DNA of 63,663 bases, the filler included, from Salisapilia sapeloensis CBS 127946 (lineage: Eukaryota > Protista > Oomycota): the NCBI GenBank assembly GCA_023334545.1. It is 5 parts of 5 records of this genome, joined end to end, with 100 filler letters (N's around TTAATTAATTAA, not from the genome) between each part and the next. Parts side by side here need not be neighbours in the genome. Positions count along the whole stretch, not along the records: positions 45,621 to 62,323 come from JAADVB010000350.1; positions 62,424 to 63,663 come from JAADVB010001234.1; 3 more parts are not named here. The stretch is one strand, 5' to 3'. Positions within the stretch are counted from its first letter, which is position 1. The number at the start of each line of letters is the position of its first letter. Both the position numbers and the translations under genes were made by a program. Shown piece after piece: positions 58,441 to 63,663 of this stretch. The notes beneath the pieces were generated by a model. It had not been told where the DNA came from. It ran no database searches and saw nothing but the letters and a program-made list of their open reading frames with translations.

Positions 58441-59856
58441 CTTATGCTCGTCCAGCGATTTCTGTCCAAACTTCGTGACTAGCATACCTTTTCAACCAAT
58501 CATATATCGTTCATATGATTTTTAGCCAATATATATGCGGAGACCTATCCTAGCGAATACAACTGGAAATGACGATAAACACGTAAGTCGATCTGTGGTT
58601 TCGAGACCTCTTGCATTGCGTTTTAGATGCATGGAAGAGGAGGAGGATTGGAGATTTGTAGCACGGTCACCAACGGTTAGGCGAGCTGTTGTTTGGAGCC
58701 TTAATACCAACGTCTGTCAGAATCTTGATGGGGAGTATCGAGGCACTACCTCCTCGTTGTAAGGGCGGACGTACATTAACAAGAGTGTTTCGATATGACG
58801 CTAGCTTTGATTGCTAGTGTTCGTAATGGAATGCATTTGGCTATTTGCAGGCGTCTTCGGCGAAGCGCTTCCGTTGTGCGCAAAGGCAGCCAAGATATTA
58901 GCTTTCATATCTTGGGTCCTAGATTCAAGATAGGGAGCATGGGTTTCTATTATTTCTTTCTCCAGTGACCGCATGTGCTCTCATCTTTTAATTCTCCGTT
59001 CTTCTCGTGACTGTGGATATTATGAGACGTATAAATCTTTAGTAATCCGATCCAGTACATGTATATTGCCCGATACGAATAGATGAAGTAGCTATTCAAC
59101 TTGTTTTGTTTTTCGCGCTAGTACTCTATGTCGTGTTAAGCAGGATCAATGTAGAGCAGCGTGTAGGAATTACGTGCAATTGATTTCTGTTCATGTGTCT
59201 ACTGATACAGAGTGCACTTGGCCTTGTACGTGTTAGCTCTAGTAGGTTTCCTATGAAGAGATGCTCATTAATGTAGTAAGGAAACATGGAAGCGATCAGT
59301 TTGTACTTCATTCTAAGAATAAGACTGATACGTAGGTCATCCAAAGCGTACTTTGTTCGCTTTGCTTCTTGACTTCCAAATCTATGAAAGTAGATACTTG
59401 GACATGCTACACAGGATTTTTATTGCAACCACATATCAGAGAATCTAGACATTGTGTAATGGCTAGCTAATGCTCGGTTTGTCATTCTTACAAAATGGGT
59501 CACCCATCACAATCATCAATCGACTTGACTTATTTAGTGATAAGACTGTGTACAAACATATTCATCGCAAGCATTGGACCTTGGTATGCTCCAAGGATAG
59601 TATTGATATCGCATTTCGAAGTAGCATTCAAATGACATTCAAGAACTCCTTTGACATGAAAAGTAGCTTATATACTCGGTACTGCTTCAGTCTTAATAGT
59701 ATCGACTACTAAGTCAGACTGTAAACTACAAATACAAACAAATATAAGAGAAAGACGATTGATACTGCTAAGTAGAAGCAAATGTATTACTATGTCGTAC
59801 TTAGCCTATGTTGTCGTTGCTACCATTCACGACAAAAAAGTTGGGTAGTGAAACGC

Positions 59857-61104
59857 CTACTGTTTGTTCTGGTACCATTCCACCACCTTTGGATGCTCAT
59901 CCACTTGCTTAAAAATCTGGAAGACCTTGGGACAGTTCTCGTGCATCGTCATCGGTGCATCTTTCAAGAAACCGCAAATCATAAACTTGATGCAGCCGTA
60001 GATTGCCAAATCAGCGGTAGTGAGATGATCTGAAACCGCGAACTGCGTACCCCAGTGAGCAATACGATTGTCAAGTAGCTTCAGCGTCTTTGCCCAAACG
60101 TCCGACAAGGATTCTGACGAACTTTTGCGTTCGAAGTGAAAGTCTTCAATCGCTTCGTCGATTTCGTCCACGCGGAACTGGATGACAGGCTCGTTTTCCG
60201 GGTACAAGCCAGCAAGCATGCCAGCATAGTTGAGAAGAGCATTGGCTTGACACATGACATCGTCATTCACTTCCAACACTGGAAGCTGCTGATACGGGAA
60301 GGTTGGCTTCATCTGTGGCCAATCGGCCGGGTCGACACGAACGTCTTCAAACGGAATACCACCGATCGCAAGCGTCAAGCGAATGGACTCGACTCTACCA
60401 GGAATGCCAAAGTACGTCAACTTGAGCTTTGGGTATTCCGAGCGCTGGACAGCGTTCCACTGAGTGACCTTGGGATGGCTCGCGACCTTAGCGTGAGCAC
60501 GCTCAAAGGAATCAAATCCTTCCACAATCGTTGATGGTATACCATCCAAGTGTCCACTCGTAAGGATGCTATGTAGACTGTAAAGCATCAGCTCATGGAT
60601 AAAGACTTGTTCCGTCTGGAAGATCTCGAGCTTGTACATCTTGTGCAGACGTTTGTCCATCAAGGAGAGCTGCGATGGAAACTGTTCTTTTGCAAGCTCT
60701 TGAAGCTTCTCTTTCTTCTTCTCCGGGTCGGACTCGGTCATGGCTGGCTTCAAGCTGTTCGTAGCATCGTTCACGGCATTCATAATCTCCGTCACGAGGA
60801 TCGAGGCAAGCGGGTTATTGACTGGGTAGAGTCCACCAAGTCGTCCGATGTACTTGAGCTGTGCGGCGGATTGACCATAGACTTGGCCATCGACCTCGAG
60901 AATCGGCAGCTGACCAAAAGGTAGACTGTTCTTCTGCGCAGCAAACTCTTCAGGCGAAATACGGTTGTCCTCAAATGGAATGCCAGCGATGTGCATCGCT
61001 AGACGAATGGGCTCGGCACGTCCAGCTACATTGAAGTAGGTGAGTTTGATGGAGGGATACGTGGACATCTTGGCAAGTCGGAGAGCTTGAGCAGTACGAA
61101 GCAT
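59857..61104 (-). CDS. Tandem two-domain glutathione S-transferase (sigma-like)
   Basis: Two GST units: KLTYFNVAGRAEPIR...FGQLPILEVDG...QSAA and KLTYFGIPGRVESIR...YQQLPVLEVND...QANA. Short basic N-terminal extension MLRTAQALRLAK. Confidence 0.9.
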   Translation of the reverse strand: MLRTAQALRLAKMSTYPSIKLTYFNVAGRAEPIRLAMHIAGIPFEDNRISPEEFAAQKNSLPFGQLPILEVDGQVYGQSAAQLKYIGRLGGLYPVNNPLASILVTEIMNAVNDATNSLKPAMTESDPEKKKEKLQELAKEQFPSQLSLMDKRLHKMYKLEIFQTEQVFIHELMLYSLHSILTSGHLDGIPSTIVEGFDSFERAHAKVASHPKVTQWNAVQRSEYPKLKLTYFGIPGRVESIRLTLAIGGIPFEDVRVDPADWPQMKPTFPYQQLPVLEVNDDVMCQANALLNYAGMLAGLYPENEPVIQFRVDEIDEAIEDFHFERKSSSESLSDVWAKTLKLLDNRIAHWGTQFAVSDHLTTADLAIYGCIKFMICGFLKDAPMTMHENCPKVFQIFKQVDEHPKVVEWYQNKQ

Positions 61105-61815
61105 AATCGAAAATGAAGACAGAGAGGAATTGATACAGCTACGTTGTTTTTGTTGCAGAGATTTCGCAATACAGTAGTCTTGAAGCATAGTCTATGTCGA
61201 CCTTTGCAGCCTACCCCAAATAGGTTCAATCATTTCGAAGAATTATGGTACAGCTACCCATAAACACTCAAGATCTTAATGACTCATGTACAAAGTATAC
61301 CTTGTTCAAGTGAAATCCTTGATCTGATCTCGGGTTTCCATAGTCAAAAAGCAACTGTCAGTTTAGGCATGGAAACTTGGACGAAATGTTGGCTATGACA
61401 CGTCGCTGAACCCTTGATACCTTCCTTTTCTGTGTTTCTACTTATTTGGCTTGAATGTAGCCGAAATGATTAGATACGTGGAGAAGACTGACTAGAAGCT
61501 CTTGACTGCAATGAATTCTTCAATTCTCTGTATTGCCCACATCACGAAAGTTTGTAGAGCTCATAGCTTACACTTGCGCATGCAACAAAAGAATTAGTCA
61601 ACCAGCCTTCAGTCTCATGCTATACGATGAAATGTTAGGTTTTGCAAATTGCAGATCAAACCTAGCTTCAGACTGCATATTACTTTAGTCTAAGTCCACT
61701 GCGCAAAATGAGTCAAGTATAGGCTCTTTTCCACTATCTCCACTAGTGCTGCACCGTCCGCTGTCTTTAGTCTATGCAAACAATATAAATAAATAATAAT
61801 ACATACCTCCGCATT

Positions 61816-61959
61816 GTCTATCAAATAGACTTGGACCTTTAAAACGATCTCCAAACCAAAGCCAGGTAATCGCCGAGCTTCATGGGCATGGCCTCATTTA
61901 AAACTGAGGCGTTATTGCTCATCACTTGCATCCACGTTTGGAACACCAAAGTGACGATG
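61816..61959 (-). ncRNA. Candidate Fanzor omegaRNA scaffold
   Basis: Four adjacent hairpins (61929-61959, 61891-61910, 61831-61854, 61816-61830) overlapping and following the 3' end of the Fanzor ORF. Position inferred from TnpB/Fanzor biology; no expression data. Confidence 0.45.
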
Positions 61960-62322
61960 AAGGATGTAGTGCTTGATGTTCTTGTGTAGGGTGTTCTTGC
62001 TTGCGTACACATCGCGATCGCCTTTAAATCCGCAAGATGGACATTGGAAACCTTTGCTTCCACCTAGACTCTAATTGATTTATCCACAAGCGGAGCAAGT
62101 CTTAGACGTGTATTCTTTGGTGACGACTTAAAGACATCCGCCAACACGCTTCATTTTGTATTTGATCATCATCTTAAACTGTTAGTGCGACAGCGCTTTA
62201 TTCGCACGCGCGGTTGGCGGCTGGATGTTGCGCTTGCGATATCTGGGCTTCGCTTCAGTCTTGGTTACTTCATTGCTCTTACCTTTCGTGTACTTCACTA
62301 CCATGTTGGAAGTATCGAAGGA
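61912..62322 (-). pseudogene. Fanzor2-like / TnpB-family RNA-guided nuclease, C-terminal fragment (5' part lost in the gap), 4 in-frame stops
   Basis: Frame from 62322: SFDTSNMVVK...RKRNIQPPTARANKALSH*QFKMMIKYKMKRVGGCL*VVTKEYTSKTCSACG*IN*SLGGSKGFQCPSCGFKGDRDVYASKNTL. Not in the ORF track. Confidence 0.85.
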
Positions 62323-62323
62323 A

Positions 62324-62423
62324 NNNNNNNNNNNNNNNNNNNNNNNNNNNNNNNNNNNNNNNNNNNNTTAATTAATTAANNNNNNNNNNNNNNNNNNNNN
62401 NNNNNNNNNNNNNNNNNNNNNNN
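62324..62423. other. Assembly gap with six-frame-stop linker
   Basis: 44 N + TTAATTAATTAA + 44 N. Confidence 0.98.
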
Positions 62424-63663
62424 GAAAAGAAGGCTGACTGCAAGCGCATCGCGATGATACTTGTGCACGAAGCGCTCCGGCATTATAAAAAGTTTGACCA
62501 GTCAATACCTCGAAAAATGGACGAGAAACGTTGGAAAGCCATCAAGACATCCAATAATGTGACCATGTACCGTGAACGACACCCATCTCGGCGCGTGGTG
62601 AAAGATTCATACACTGACAGCGCTGGTTGGCAGATGCCTCGCGTCATCGTCGGTAATGGGACAATATCGAGCAGTATGGATGACCTCTTATTCGGTCTCG
62701 TCAATGGCGACGAGGCAGCAGGTTTACAAAGTGCGAGTTATGCCGGACAACCGGTGACAGATGCCCAGGTCTTAGCGGCAATCGAACAGCCAACTTTGGA
62801 ACATCCGTATCGTTGCACATTTCTCCAATGGCATGTTGGTAATCCAAGTCCAGCACTCCGAGGGGTTGTCAAAGACCGTGATTGCCTTTACATTCGAGCG
62901 ACTGGAGTTCTCCGAGTCAGTAAAGACGAGCGCATTGGGTACAACCTGGCGCATTCAATCGACTTACCGTCCACGCCACCGCTTGAAGGACAAGGCATCG
63001 TACGGGCTCGTTTATCGTCTTGTGTCCTTTTCAAGCCTACTTCGGATCAGTCGGTTGAAGTGTTCACCAAAGCATATTATGAAGTATTTGGAAACAAAGT
63101 TCTTGACTCTATTGCTGTTGTCACCGTGGCCAGTTCACTTATGGATACTTGGACATCCGCTCGTTGTGCAAAAATGAAGAAGCTCTCGTGGCTCCTTCAG
63201 AGGAAAAATGTGAACGAGAATGATGTCATAAGCATCATTGGCAACGGAGAAGCTCAAAACAAGTCGAACTGTCGGTCTTGCAACAAGAAGTTCGGGCCCT
63301 TACGCAAAGCTTACCCGTGCACTTTGTGTGAGTCGTCCGTCTGTAGCAAGTGCGTGATTGCTCTGGAGCTACTCGAGGTCATCCCTCAATTGAAGCTGAT
63401 GGCAAAGAAGGTTCACCTCTGTCCCATTTGTGATGAGTTCACTAACCAAGTCAGCTCGTATAAAGTAGCCCGACAGGAAATTCGAGCTGGGCGGTATGAA
63501 AAAGACTCTGCTGGATCTACAACCTGTGAGCCGTCTAGGATCTCACAGCTGACAGAAGAGTTTGATGCTTGGTCCGGCAGAGAATCTTGTGTAGGCGAAG
63601 TCTACGAGTTTGACTCTGATCAACGTAGCCCTTCGACAGAAGGTTCACTGAATGCTTTTGCCC
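62424..63663 (+). CDS. Oomycete START-like + degenerate FYVE-type zinc finger protein, truncated at both ends
   Basis: Open frame for all 413 codons: RWKAIKTSNNVTMYRER, GTISSSMDDLLFG, KDRDCLYIRATG, GYNLAHSIDLP, CRSC..F...CTLCESSVCSKC...CPIC. Missing from the ORF track. Confidence 0.85.

Noticed and set aside
61834-61863. GFGLEIVLKV resembling Ohr/OsmC
   Set aside because: Lacks both Ohr catalytic Cys motifs, lies after stops, and falls inside the putative omegaRNA hairpins.
61912-62322. Stop-codon reassignment (TAA/TAG = Gln) making the Fanzor intact
   Set aside because: Neighbouring housekeeping genes end normally in TAA or TAG. One stop sits where Tyr is expected, and the RuvC-III N and A positions are also mutated, so decay is the simpler reading.
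1-63663. tRNA, rRNA, snRNA genes; prokaryotic operon or defence-island interpretation
   Set aside because: No cloverleaf with T-loop and D-loop, and no recognisable rRNA or U-snRNA sequence by eye (an Infernal or tRNAscan run would be decisive). The genes are spliced eukaryotic genes, and many track ORFs use non-ATG starts that do not apply here.

Overview
Gene-dense eukaryotic DNA, not prokaryotic. It has short GT-AG introns and a gene set that points to an oomycete: START-FYVE family, Cys-rich surface proteins, plant-type P5CDH, and IFT57, which implies flagellated zoospores. The window is five contigs joined by artificial 100-nt linkers (44N-TTAATTAATTAA-44N), so adjacency across a linker is not evidence of synteny. 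About 30 protein-coding genes are recognisable, mostly housekeeping: SNF2/BRM, Ariadne, DAP3, PPP phosphatase, SPT2, NHE, PYM, HMGB, RPC4, 3R-MYB, IFT57, (6-4) photolyase/cryptochrome, UTP6, RPB12, NMD3, P5CDH, REX1-like, tandem GST. Several lineage-specific secreted or surface proteins are also present. The two most notable elements are missing from, or fragmented in, the ORF track. (1) A decayed Fanzor2-like (TnpB-family, RNA-guided nuclease) C-terminal fragment at 61912-62322 (-) keeps the alternative catalytic Glu, both CxxC pairs and the RuvC-III DRD. It overlaps and precedes a dense run of hairpins that fits an omegaRNA scaffold. (2) A full-length 8.6-kb L1-like non-LTR retrotransposon at 16620-25235 (-) has a perfect 14-bp target-site duplication and a 3' stem-loop plus (CAA)/A tail. 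Its very long ORF1 carries a frameshift-hidden OTU-type cysteine protease domain. All family assignments come from motif recognition by eye; no database search was run.
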